DNA of 64,000 nt, taken from NCBI GenBank assembly GCA_040080935.1, contig JBEBHI010000001.1, positions 9,698-73,697 on the forward strand, in the 5' to 3' direction. Under the pieces are notes generated by a model. That model did no database searches, was not told the DNA's origin, and saw nothing but the letters and a program-made list of their open reading frames with translations. The position numbers were made by a program, and so were the translations under genes. Of this stretch, positions 47,621 to 56,927 are shown piece after piece (the stretch's first letter is position 1; each line of letters starts with the position of its first letter). The stretch is from Terricaulis sp. (lineage in GTDB: Bacteria; Pseudomonadota; Alphaproteobacteria; Caulobacterales; Aquidulcibacteraceae).

Positions 47621-49470
47621 CAAACAGACGTAAGTTCGCCAATCCCCGGACCAGGCTCCGGCGAGACTGTGAACGCGCTAACGCGCGTCGTCTCATAGTC
47701 CTTCGATAAGATCGTCGACACCGCGAAGAACTCAGCCGTCGCGTGCTCAGGCGAAAGCGTGAGCAGCAAGAAGCCATGATCGGTTGAATCATTGAACTTC
47801 ACGTGCGGATTGCGCGCGCGCACGCCGCCGTCGAAATCGACACCAAACGGCTGGAAGTAGGATGAATCGCTCGGCGAGGTGATCGACGTTGTGCCGAACT
47901 CCACCGCCACGCGACCCGTCGTATCGTTGAGTTCATTCGCCCACGCCGTATGCGTATCGCCAGTCAGCACGATCGCATTGCCCTGCGCGGCGCGCATCGA
48001 CGCGAGCACGCGGCTCCGCGCGCCAGGATAGCCATCCCAGGAATCCGTATTCAACGGAAACGGGAAGCGCGTGAGCTTCAGCTGCTGCTTCACGCCAGGC
48101 AGCAAACGCTCCAAGGCATCAGCCAGCGCAGCTGGAGTGCCCGAAAGGTCCGGCGCATTCACGGGCGCCATCAAGATTTGATTGCCGAGCACCTGCCACG
48201 TTGCGCCTGTGCGCACCGACGCGTGCAACTGATCCGCGAGCCATTGCTCTTGCGACGCGCCCATAAGCTGGCGATCCGGCGCGTTGAGCAACTGCGTCAA
48301 TGCGGGAACGTCGGGCGCAATAAAGAATCCGGCCGGCAATTCCTTCGGTCGCGACACCAAGCCTTGCGCACGCCGCCAATCCAGCACCGGTCGCGTCTCA
48401 GCGCCGACAGCTTCGTACACGCGCGGCAGCAATTGCATGCCCGGCACATCCGGCTCGCCATCGCGGATAGCGACGGGGGCCGCAGGGTTGGTGAAATTCC
48501 AACGCTGCATCTCGATTGGCAGCTGCGAGTTGTAGTCAAACGGCTCCGTGCGCGCGAGCAGGCGCGTCTCGACCATGATCAGCGACGCGAGATTGCCGTA
48601 CTGGAACGAGCGATTGATCGCCTCGAACGCCGCGCCCGGCTCAGGATCGCGGATCGGCATCCATTCGTAATAAGCTTGCAGCGCCGCCTGCTTGCGGTTT
48701 GCCCACTGCCCTTCGCCTTCGTTGTGATTTTCGGCGCCGGTAGCGAACGAATTGTTGGCTGTCTCGTGATCGTCCCAAACCACGATCCACGGCGCGACTG
48801 CGTGTGCCGCTTGCAGCTCAGCTTGGGTTTTGTACTGCGCGTGACGCGCGCGGTAATCGCCCAAGCGAATGCACTCAACTTCCGGTGAAGGAATGCGCCC
48901 GAGCTGCGTCGCGACTTCGCCGCCATATCCGGCGACGCCATATTCGTAGATGTAATCGCCAAGATGCACGACAGCGTCGAGATCGTCGCGCTGAGCCAGC
49001 GCTTCATACGCGTTGAAGAAGCCGTGCGGGAACGAGGCGCACGAAACCACAGCGAACTTCACCTCGCTCAAGCGGCCCTGCGGCAACGTCCGCGTCTTAC
49101 CAACTTGGCTGGCGCCATCACCAGCGCGGAAGCCGTAAAAGTAAGGAGCACCCGGACGCAGACCTGTGACATCCACCTTCACCGTGTAGTCGCGACCTTC
49201 ATTGGTCTCGAACACGCCCGTCTTCACCACATCGCTCAGCTCGCGATTGCGGGCGACGATCCAGCGGACCGGCACAGCGCCGGGGTTCTGCGGCGACACG
49301 CGCGTCCAGATGATCACCTTGTTGGACTGCGGATCGCCGGAAGCAACACCGTGATCAAACGCGACGGGCCCGTCATAGGCCGGCGTCTCCACGCTTTGCG
49401 CGCACGCCGCGACCGCGCCCGTTGCAGCAGCCGCCAACGCGCCGCGACGCGTCCATCCCCGTTTCGTCAT
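47620..49470 (-). CDS. phoD: alkaline phosphatase D family, Tat-exported
   Basis: TRRGAL Tat motif, FDHGVASGDP, HLGDYIYE, WDDHE, DSWDGY, LTGDTH. Confidence 0.93.
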   Translation of the reverse strand: MTKRGWTRRGALAAAATGAVAACAQSVETPAYDGPVAFDHGVASGDPQSNKVIIWTRVSPQNPGAVPVRWIVARNRELSDVVKTGVFETNEGRDYTVKVDVTGLRPGAPYFYGFRAGDGASQVGKTRTLPQGRLSEVKFAVVSCASFPHGFFNAYEALAQRDDLDAVVHLGDYIYEYGVAGYGGEVATQLGRIPSPEVECIRLGDYRARHAQYKTQAELQAAHAVAPWIVVWDDHETANNSFATGAENHNEGEGQWANRKQAALQAYYEWMPIRDPEPGAAFEAINRSFQYGNLASLIMVETRLLARTEPFDYNSQLPIEMQRWNFTNPAAPVAIRDGEPDVPGMQLLPRVYEAVGAETRPVLDWRRAQGLVSRPKELPAGFFIAPDVPALTQLLNAPDRQLMGASQEQWLADQLHASVRTGATWQVLGNQILMAPVNAPDLSGTPAALADALERLLPGVKQQLKLTRFPFPLNTDSWDGYPGARSRVLASMRAAQGNAIVLTGDTHTAWANELNDTTGRVAVEFGTTSITSPSDSSYFQPFGVDFDGGVRARNPHVKFNDSTDHGFLLLTLSPEHATAEFFAVSTILSKDYETTRVSAFTVSPEPGPGIGELTSV

Positions 49471-49593
49471 ATCGTCCTCCGCGCGCATTTTGGCCCGCGC
49501 GACCGACTCCCACAACGGGTCATGACGCTTTGTCACCCCCGGAGTACCGGGGTTCACCCTTCGCGGCCCCGGCAATGGCGGCTAGGGAGAGGC

Positions 49594-50625
49594 GTGGACG
49601 ACGATATCGATCAAGAAACCGACGGCGACATTCGCAGCGCCATAGCGCCCGCCGATGCGGGCGAGCGCGTCGACGCGTGGCTGGGCAAGCTCTGGCCGGA
49701 TCTCTCACGCTCACGCGTCCAGGGCCTGATCGGCGCCGGCAAGCTCACTGTCGATGGCGCGCTGGTCACGCACGCCAAGGACAAGCCCCGCGCTGGCGCC
49801 ACCTACGCACTCACGCTGCCGCCGCCTGAACCCGCAGCGCCACAGCCTGAGCGCCTACCTCTCAACATCGTCTACGAAGATGAGCACCTCATCGTTCTCG
49901 ACAAAGCCAGCGGCATGGCCATGCACCCCGCACCCGGATCCATGCGCGGAACCGTCGTGAATGCCCTACTCGCGCATTGCGCTGACTCACTCTCCGGCAT
50001 CGGCGGCGTCGCGCGCCCCGGCATCGTCCACCGCATCGACAAGGACACCACCGGACTCGTTGTCGTCGCCAAGCACGATGCCGCGCACACCGGCCTCGCC
50101 AAACTGTTCGCAAAGCACGATCTAGAGCGCGTCTATTACGCCGTAACGCGCGGCGCGCCGAAAGATCGGACGGCGCGGATCGAGAATATCCTCGTCCGTT
50201 CCGGCGAGGATCGCCGCAAATATGTGGTCGCCCGCAATCCAGAAACCGAAGCTGGAAAAAAGGCGATCACCGATTATTGGACCGTCGAAAACTACGGCCA
50301 ACAAAGCGGCGCTTCGATTGGGCGCGCAGCAGCAGCTCTCCTCGAATGTCGCCTACATACAGGCCGCACGCACCAAATCCGCGCGCATCTCACGCATCTG
50401 GGTTGCCCGCTGATCGGCGACCCGCTCTACGGCAAGCAACGCGCCTTCAAAGCCGAAGGTCCGCACGCGGAAGAAGCCGCGGCAGCCGTCGCAGCGTTTC
50501 CGCGCCAGGCGCTGCACGCCGCCGTTCTCGGATTCAAACACCCGGTCACCCACGAAGAGCTTCGCTTCGAAAGCGAATTGCCCGCGGATATGCAGGCCCT
50601 TATCGAAATTCTCCGGCAACTCTGA
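49594..50625 (+). CDS. rluD: 23S rRNA pseudouridine synthase RluD
   Basis: S4 domain, RPGIVHRIDKDTTG, TGRTHQIR, RQALHA. GTG start after GGAGA. Upstream of rpoH, as is typical. Confidence 0.92.
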   Translation: MDDDIDQETDGDIRSAIAPADAGERVDAWLGKLWPDLSRSRVQGLIGAGKLTVDGALVTHAKDKPRAGATYALTLPPPEPAAPQPERLPLNIVYEDEHLIVLDKASGMAMHPAPGSMRGTVVNALLAHCADSLSGIGGVARPGIVHRIDKDTTGLVVVAKHDAAHTGLAKLFAKHDLERVYYAVTRGAPKDRTARIENILVRSGEDRRKYVVARNPETEAGKKAITDYWTVENYGQQSGASIGRAAAALLECRLHTGRTHQIRAHLTHLGCPLIGDPLYGKQRAFKAEGPHAEEAAAAVAAFPRQALHAAVLGFKHPVTHEELRFESELPADMQALIEILRQL

Positions 50626-50682
50626 GCGCGAGGCGCATTTCCGCCGCATTGCGGCGCGAAGCGCGCTTCGGAGGGAGTTCGG

Positions 50683-51312
50683 GTGAGCAACGTCGCCATC
50701 ACCGTCGACCCGCGCATGCGGGCGTTGTCGTTTCTCGTGGCGACCGGCGTCATTGCACTGCTCTGCTCTCTCATGCTCGTGGTTTCGCAGGTCGCTCGCT
50801 ATAGCGACGGTACGGACAACAGCGTGCGCATCTTTATGGAAGAGGCGCCAAGAACTGCGCCGCCACCGCCCTCGCGCGCATCACCGCCGCCGCGCAACGG
50901 CCTGGCCGTGCTCTCGCCCGACGCGGCGCCGAGACCTACGACTCTCCCCGTCGACACACAGATGCTGGCGCGCGCAATGGTGTGCTTCGACCGTCTGAAC
51001 CGCGACAGGCCGGAGAGTTGCCCCCGCGAGGCGTTGGAAGAAGATCGAGGCGATCGCGCGCGCACGCGCCGCTCCTACGACATCTCTCCAGAGCGCGCGC
51101 CGCCTGTCGAATATCCTATGGGCATCGATCCGCCATGCGACCGCGGCATCCATCTCACAGGCGCCGGCATTGCTGGGTGCGTCCCATTCGGCATCACGCC
51201 ACCGCCGCCAACGCGCAGCGCCGAAGAAGTCTGCGTCGCTGGCGGCGTCGGCCCCTGCCATCCTCCCGAATTCCGCGAAGAGGACGTCGTGCGCCTCGGC
51301 CACACTGAGTGA
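50683..51312 (+). CDS. hypothetical membrane-anchored Pro/Cys-rich protein
   Basis: GGGAG RBS, N-terminal TM helix, Pro-rich linker, six Cys. Confidence 0.55.
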   Translation: MSNVAITVDPRMRALSFLVATGVIALLCSLMLVVSQVARYSDGTDNSVRIFMEEAPRTAPPPPSRASPPPRNGLAVLSPDAAPRPTTLPVDTQMLARAMVCFDRLNRDRPESCPREALEEDRGDRARTRRSYDISPERAPPVEYPMGIDPPCDRGIHLTGAGIAGCVPFGITPPPPTRSAEEVCVAGGVGPCHPPEFREEDVVRLGHTE

Positions 51313-51403
51313 GTTCCTTCTGTAAGGAACATGTATCAGCCGTCTCGTCCGAGATTGCGAAGCGGCGTAGCTTGGCGACGCTGCAAGAACGGGCGGAATA
51401 CCA

Positions 51404-51685
51404 ATGTCGAACCTTCCCAACGCTGACCGCGTGCTAACGGCTGTCAGCGGCCTGGCGCTCTTCACGCTCAACGAAGTGCGGATGTTCAATTGGCTGCCGC
51501 GCATGCCTGATCCAGGCAACGGCCAGACCCACGCCGTCTCGATCCAGATCATGGATGCGGCGGCCCCAGTTTATTTAAGTTTGGTTGATGTGACCGTCCG
51601 TTGGGGGCTGGTCGCGCTGGTCGTGGCGCTCTGCGCCTGGGCCGTCGCTGAAACGTTTGGGAAACAGCCGCAGCTCGCGGACTGA
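51404..51685 (+). CDS. small hypothetical membrane protein
   Basis: Two hydrophobic segments around PRMPDPGNGQTH. Confidence 0.6.
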   Translation: MSNLPNADRVLTAVSGLALFTLNEVRMFNWLPRMPDPGNGQTHAVSIQIMDAAAPVYLSLVDVTVRWGLVALVVALCAWAVAETFGKQPQLAD

Positions 51686-51687
51686 CC

Positions 51688-51715
51688 CTTGAACCACCAA
51701 GTTTAGTGCCCATCT
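51688..51715 (+). promoter_or_regulatory. sigma32 (RpoH) promoter upstream of rpoH
   Basis: CTTGAA-N15-CCCATCT matches the heat-shock promoter consensus. Confidence 0.72.
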
Positions 51716-51774
51716 CCGAACGTTCCGGACGCTGATTCTAGCGATTGATTTCGTTTCGCTTGCCGAATCGGCTC

Positions 51775-51789
51775 GTTCCTGTTATGTTC
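51775..51789 (+). promoter_or_regulatory. alphaproteobacterial LexA (SOS) box upstream of rpoH
   Basis: GTTC-CTGTTAT-GTTC is an exact GTTC-N7-GTTC. It overlaps the -10 of a plausible sigma70 promoter TTGCCG-N17-TATGTT (51760-51788). Confidence 0.6.
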
Positions 51790-51934
51790 TTTCACTAATA
51801 ATTGCCTAACGCCGGTCACGGCGAAGGCTTGAATGGCTCCCTATATAGGGGGCTACGGCGGCAACCGGCTGGCCCTCTCGCACGTACTAGAGAGGCAACC
51901 GATTTTCCCGCCTTAGGAGGGGTCCTACCACCAC

Positions 51935-52849
51935 ATGGCATCAACCGCGCTCACACTTGCACTTAGCCCGGAGCAAGGGCTGCAACGGTATCTCTCGGAG
52001 ATCCGCAAGTTCCCGATGTTGACCAAAGAAGACGAGTTCATGCTGGCAAAGCGCTGGCAGGAGCACGGTGACTCACAATCCGCGCACAAGCTCGTCACGT
52101 CTCACCTGCGCCTCGTGGCAAAGATCGCCATGGGCTATCGCGGCTACGGCCTGCCGATCGGGGAAGTCATCTCCGAAGGCAACGTTGGCCTCATGCAGGC
52201 TGTGAAGAAATTCGACCCGGATAAGGGCTTCCGCCTCGCGACCTACGCGATGTGGTGGATCCGCGCGTCGATCCAAGAATACATCCTGCGCTCGTGGTCG
52301 CTCGTGAAGATGGGCACCACGGCCGCTCAGAAGAAGCTCTTCTTCAATCTCCGCCGCATGAAGGGCGAGATGGCAGCGCTCGAAGAAGGCGACCTTCGCC
52401 CTGAGCACGTCGCGACCATCGCGCACAAACTCGCGGTCACCGAAGAAGAAGTGATCTCGATGAACCGTCGCATGAGCGGCGGTGGCGATGCTTCGCTCAA
52501 CGCGCCGATCGGTGGCGCCGGCGGCGAAGGCGACAGCGAGTGGATGGATTGGCTGGCCGACGACAAAGTCGACGGCACTCAAGAAACCCGCCTGGCCGAG
52601 ACCGAAGAGTTCGGGGCGCGCATGACGCTTCTCCAAGAAGCCATGAGCGAGCTGAACGAACGCGAACGCCATATCATCCAAGAGCGTCGCTTGAAGGATG
52701 AGCCAGCGACGCTTGAGGAACTCTCAGTGCAATACGGCGTCAGCCGCGAGCGCGTGCGCCAAATCGAAGTGCGCGCATTCGAAAAACTGCAGAAGGCGAT
52801 GAAGAAGCAAGCCGGTGCACGCGGCCTGCTCACCGACGCTACCGCTTAA
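51935..52849 (+). CDS. rpoH: RNA polymerase sigma factor RpoH (sigma32)
   Basis: SHLRLVAKIA, GYRGYGLP, RpoH box QKKLFFNLRR, VSRERVRQIE. AGGAGG RBS. Confidence 0.97.
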   Translation: MASTALTLALSPEQGLQRYLSEIRKFPMLTKEDEFMLAKRWQEHGDSQSAHKLVTSHLRLVAKIAMGYRGYGLPIGEVISEGNVGLMQAVKKFDPDKGFRLATYAMWWIRASIQEYILRSWSLVKMGTTAAQKKLFFNLRRMKGEMAALEEGDLRPEHVATIAHKLAVTEEEVISMNRRMSGGGDASLNAPIGGAGGEGDSEWMDWLADDKVDGTQETRLAETEEFGARMTLLQEAMSELNERERHIIQERRLKDEPATLEELSVQYGVSRERVRQIEVRAFEKLQKAMKKQAGARGLLTDATA

Positions 52850-52876
52850 CACAAACAACAGCCCTGCCCTGGGCTA

Positions 52877-52916
52877 TCGCCGCGGCGCTCTCACGAGCGT
52901 CGCGGCGAACTTTTTT
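52877..52916 (+). terminator. rho-independent terminator of rpoH
   Basis: TCGCCGCGGCGCTC-TCAC-GAGCGTCGCGGCGA followed by ACTTTTTT. Confidence 0.85.
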
Positions 52917-52921
52917 GGCAA

Positions 52922-54577
52922 CTAAGACGGATAGATCGGCTGATCTTCGTCGTCCTCTGAGGCGCTACGGAGCACCTCAGCCAGACCGGAATCGAGTGGG
53001 TGCTCTTCGTTCTCGAGCCCGCGTTTTTCTTCGACCATGTCTTTGAGGAAAGCGCGCACCCGCGAATACAAAGACTCGTCATGATTGCGATCGCCGACAG
53101 GGACCCCCGTCCCGGCGCCCGATTTCAAAGCCAGCGGATCGTCCGCGTAGGTTATGCGAACAAAGCCATCCAAATTTCCCAGAGTATCGCCGTCACGCAG
53201 GCGCCCCTGACTCACCAAGATTCGAGAGCGCTTTCTAGCGCCCATGAACACCCCGTACTCGTGAGCCTGACTTAGGCTTGGCTCGCCGGATCCCTTTTCG
53301 TTGAGCGCAAGGACGAGACACGCGTCGCCAACCCATAGCGCGGGATAGATGGCCTCCGCAGTGGTGTCGACGCGCAAGGCCGGCTTCCCAACCAACACTT
53401 CGCAATTCACCGACAACGCAGCGGCGCGGATCGCACGCAAGCTCGCTTCGTGTTCTTGTTGAATTTTGGGATCCGTCGAACGCCCTTTCACAAAGCGATA
53501 TGAAAGGAAGATCAGCAACTCCGGTCGACGGCCGTGAACCTCACGAAATTTGTTGATAGCGTCACGCCGATAGCCTTCGATCAAAGTCAGCAAATGCTGC
53601 GGAGGAAGCACGTTCCGGGCGTTGCGCGGGATGAGATATCTCGTTCCATCCGCGGCGCGTCCGAATCCGAACTTGGTGTTAGCGGCGATATATTTGCTTT
53701 CAATTTTGCGCACGGCATCGCGCAACTTTTTCGCGCTTTCCACAATGTCACGCTCGTTCGCGTCCGACATATCTTCATTCGGTTCGCAAACGGCCACAAA
53801 AACTGACATCCGTTCGGTCGTCGGTCGCCGTGGCGTCCGCGACAACCGTGACGACAGGATATTGTAGTTCATGTCGTTGATCTTCTCGGTGATCGCCTGC
53901 AGCGCGCGCGGAAGATTGTGATGAGGCACCTCAAGCTGAACGACGCCTTTTCGTGGAAGGACGTAGCGAAGCAATCTCTGATCTGGATTGGACGAAACGA
54001 CGACCCGCGTGAGATCGTACTTCCTCGCCTCTTCCTTGTACTGCGGCGTGGTGGCAATGATCTCGCGCCAATTTGGCCATGGGATGTAAGCATCAGCGAT
54101 GCGCACGGGCGGGCGCTCTAACAGCGTCCCCTGCTTTCGATCGTAGATGTCCTTGACCGTAACCTTCCCAAGCAGCGTTGGGACCTTTTCAAGACTGGCC
54201 TTGATCTTCTTTCTGAAGTCGGCCGCCGAAAGTTCATCTCGCGATGGCTCGATTACAAGATTGAGTTTGTGGCGTGTGCGGCCTTCAAGCGTAATCGTGT
54301 CCGAGATCACGATGTTGGCGTCGCGATCGAGTTGACGAAGCACAGAGTTCACTGCGCCTCGTTCTTCCCGCACCTCAAGTTCAAACGAAAACGTTGTGAG
54401 CAGATTGTGCGGGGTCAACGGCGTGATCAAAATGTCGGGAACGCCTTGGCCTTCCGGATGCGTAAGAAACACCGACACGCCGGTCTCTGACTCGAGCCCC
54501 AGATGCGCGCGCATCGACCAAGGCAGCGGTAGATGCCCCGATGGACTGAGCCTTATGAGATCGCCAAGTACTTCCAT
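52922..54577 (-). CDS. multidomain protein: putative (AbrB-like + ACT) x2 fused to TIR-like domain
   Basis: 551-aa ORF with AGGA RBS. AbrB-like start (IRLSPSGHLPLPWSMRAHLGL), two ACT-like repeats, and C-terminal IFLSY...DACLVL...QAHEYG...GNLDGFVRITY. Confidence 0.7.
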   Translation of the reverse strand: MEVLGDLIRLSPSGHLPLPWSMRAHLGLESETGVSVFLTHPEGQGVPDILITPLTPHNLLTTFSFELEVREERGAVNSVLRQLDRDANIVISDTITLEGRTRHKLNLVIEPSRDELSAADFRKKIKASLEKVPTLLGKVTVKDIYDRKQGTLLERPPVRIADAYIPWPNWREIIATTPQYKEEARKYDLTRVVVSSNPDQRLLRYVLPRKGVVQLEVPHHNLPRALQAITEKINDMNYNILSSRLSRTPRRPTTERMSVFVAVCEPNEDMSDANERDIVESAKKLRDAVRKIESKYIAANTKFGFGRAADGTRYLIPRNARNVLPPQHLLTLIEGYRRDAINKFREVHGRRPELLIFLSYRFVKGRSTDPKIQQEHEASLRAIRAAALSVNCEVLVGKPALRVDTTAEAIYPALWVGDACLVLALNEKGSGEPSLSQAHEYGVFMGARKRSRILVSQGRLRDGDTLGNLDGFVRITYADDPLALKSGAGTGVPVGDRNHDESLYSRVRAFLKDMVEEKRGLENEEHPLDSGLAEVLRSASEDDEDQPIYPS

Positions 54578-54769
54578 GTCAGCATCCTGCGAGTTGACCT
54601 CGGTCTAGAAAGCCGGGGGAACCGCGGAAAGCACGTGCGCGTAATTGGGGTTCTCAGCGCGCGATGAGCCCATCGGCAGAACGATGCGGCGAACGGCACT
54701 CCCGCCTGGGTCCACGGGAATTCCGCAATGGTTTCGGAGCGTTAAGGCAGCGCCGTGCGACGCATCTAC

Positions 54770-54794
54770 GGAACGCGCCTTGGCGCAAGGCGTT
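54770..54794 (+). promoter_or_regulatory. EcfG/SigT promoter upstream of asmA-family gene
   Basis: Exact GGAAC-N16-CGTT. A second weaker GGAAC-N17-CGTA lies at 54618-54643. Confidence 0.68.
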
Positions 54795-54806
54795 GCGTCA
54801 GTGTTC

Positions 54807-56882
54807 ATGGACGACGGCGGCCAAAACACCTTCAGCAATCGCCTTGCAACGCTCCGTAGCTGGAGCTCGCGGCAGGCCGCTCACGCTCGCTCGAGTGCAG
54901 CATATGCGTGGCTCAAAACCAAAGCCGCGCCGTGGCCGCGCATCGGCCTCTGGGCTGGCGGCGTCTTCGGCGTGCTCGCTGCGACACTCATTCTGTTTCT
55001 GACCTTCGCCGATTGGAACGCACTACGCGGCCCAATCTCGCGCTTCGCATCCGCCGCGACCGGCCGCGAAATTTCCATTCGTGGCGATCTCGACGTCGAT
55101 CCGTGGCGACTCAATCCGCTTGTCCGCGTTGAAGGCCTGCACATCGGCAATCCGGCGCAATTCCGCGACCGCGGCGAGTTTGCCGTCGTCAACAACGCCG
55201 AAGCCACCGTGCGTTGGTTGCCGCTCTTCGTGGGCAACCTGGACTTCGTGCGCCTCGATCTCAACGGCGCGGATATCTCGCTCTATCGCAGCGCCGAGGG
55301 CACATCGAACTGGTCAACGACGCCGCCTGGCGTGCGCAGCCGCCCGATCAATCTCCCGGCGATCCGCTACTTCTCACTCAACGGCGGCCAACTCCGCTTT
55401 GCAGACGACAAGCGCAATTTAAAACTGGAGGCCACCTTCACCACGCGCGAGAGCCGGGACACGCGCAATCCGGGTCAATTTGCGCTTATGGGCGAAGGCC
55501 AAATCAATAGCCGGCCATTCACCCTTGAACTCACCGGCGCGCCGCTGCTCAACGTACGCCGCGATCGCCCCTACGCATTCCAAGCCGACGTCACCGCCGG
55601 CGGCACGCACATCGTCGCCGACGGCGCGATCTCGCGCCCATTCAATTTTAGCAATTGGTACGCCAACGTGCGCGGCACGGGCGAGGATCTCGCCGACCTC
55701 TACACGCTCATTGGCCTCGCGCTACCAAACACGCCGCCATACAATCTGACAGGACGCGTCGAGCGCCGCGCTAACACCTATGCAATGAGCAACATCGCCG
55801 GCCGCGTCGGCGACAGCGATCTGCGCGGCGCCTTCACCGCCACACGCCAACGCGATGATCGCCTGTTCCTAGACGGCGACTTCCGCTCCAACTCGCTCGA
55901 CTTCGACGACGCCATGACTGTCCTCGGCGGCGCGCCATCAACCAACGAAACCGCGTCGCCCGAACAGCGCCTCATCGCAGCGCACCTGGAGGCGCAAGGC
56001 CGTGTTCTGCCGGACGCACGTCTCGACATCAGTCGCGTCCGCAACATGGATGCGCGTGTCTCTTATCGCGCCGCACACGTTCGCAGCGCGCGCGTGCCCT
56101 TACGCGGCTTGTCACTCGACATCGGTCTCGATCACGGCCTGCTAACGCTTAATCCGATGACGTTGGACCTCAGCCGAGGGCGCATCACCGGGTCCGCTGC
56201 CATCAATGCACGCGGAGAAACGCCGCGCGCTGAAGTCGATGTCCGCCTAACCAATGCACGCCTTGAGAGCATCCTCGCCCTTAGCGGCGAACCACCACTC
56301 ACCGGAAGCTTGCAAGGCCGCGTGCGTTTGAGCGGCGCCGGGGGCTCGGTGCGCGAAGCTGCAGCGAACGCAAACGGCACGATCACTTTCGTGACCCCCG
56401 ACGGGGAAGTGCGCGAAGCGTTCGCCGAATTAACAGGCATCAATATCACCCGCGGCCTGGGCCTTCTGCTCACCGATGATGATAGCCGCGTGGGCGTGCG
56501 CTGCGGCGTCGCCAGCTTCCGCGTCAGCAACGGCATCGCACACGCGCACACGATCGTGTTCGACACTGAGAATGTTCTTATTCGCGGCGAAGGCAGCGTG
56601 AGCTTGCGTGATGAAACGCTTGACCTCCGCATTCAAGGCGCGCCGAAGGAAGCGCGACTCATCAGCGTCGATGCACCAATCACGGTGCAAGGCCGCTGGC
56701 GTTCACCAAACATCGGCGTTGATGCCGGAGACGCAGCTGGCCAAGGCGGCATCGCTGCGGCGCTCGCTTCGTTCATCGCGCCGATCGCCGGCTTGCTCCC
56801 GTTTGTTGACCTTGGTCTTGCCGAAGATGCGAACTGCGCCGCGTTGCTTGCTGGCCGTCCTGAAACGCAGCGGGAGGGCTGA
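54807..56882 (+). CDS. AsmA family protein (YhjG-like)
   Basis: TM helix followed by DWNALRGPI, GREISIRGDL, LPNTPPY, GRVGDSDL, MDARV, VRCGVA...FDTE, C-terminal DANCAALL. Confidence 0.9.
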   Translation: MDDGGQNTFSNRLATLRSWSSRQAAHARSSAAYAWLKTKAAPWPRIGLWAGGVFGVLAATLILFLTFADWNALRGPISRFASAATGREISIRGDLDVDPWRLNPLVRVEGLHIGNPAQFRDRGEFAVVNNAEATVRWLPLFVGNLDFVRLDLNGADISLYRSAEGTSNWSTTPPGVRSRPINLPAIRYFSLNGGQLRFADDKRNLKLEATFTTRESRDTRNPGQFALMGEGQINSRPFTLELTGAPLLNVRRDRPYAFQADVTAGGTHIVADGAISRPFNFSNWYANVRGTGEDLADLYTLIGLALPNTPPYNLTGRVERRANTYAMSNIAGRVGDSDLRGAFTATRQRDDRLFLDGDFRSNSLDFDDAMTVLGGAPSTNETASPEQRLIAAHLEAQGRVLPDARLDISRVRNMDARVSYRAAHVRSARVPLRGLSLDIGLDHGLLTLNPMTLDLSRGRITGSAAINARGETPRAEVDVRLTNARLESILALSGEPPLTGSLQGRVRLSGAGGSVREAAANANGTITFVTPDGEVREAFAELTGINITRGLGLLLTDDDSRVGVRCGVASFRVSNGIAHAHTIVFDTENVLIRGEGSVSLRDETLDLRIQGAPKEARLISVDAPITVQGRWRSPNIGVDAGDAAGQGGIAAALASFIAPIAGLLPFVDLGLAEDANCAALLAGRPETQREG

Positions 56883-56891
56883 GCCAAAAAC

Positions 56892-56916
56892 GGAACAAAG
56901 GTTCCGCCCGCCTGTT
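56892..56916 (+). promoter_or_regulatory. EcfG/SigT-like promoter
   Basis: GGAAC-N16-TGTT ending 11 bp before ATG 56928. Confidence 0.5.
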
Positions 56917-56927
56917 CACAAACCGCC

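Noticed and set aside
49515-49585. Pho box upstream of phoD, or an intact repeat element
   Set aside because: The GTCA half sites are 13 bp apart rather than 11. The CCCCGG hairpins look at most like a decayed CIR fragment, too weak to call.
48964-49593. 210-aa N-terminal extension of RluD in the ORF track
   Set aside because: It overlaps phoD on the opposite strand. A GTG start with an RBS at 49594 gives a normal-length RluD.
51828-51852. Second sigma32 promoter (CTTGAA...CCTATAT) near rpoH
   Set aside because: The spacer is only ~6 bp, which is incompatible with the consensus.
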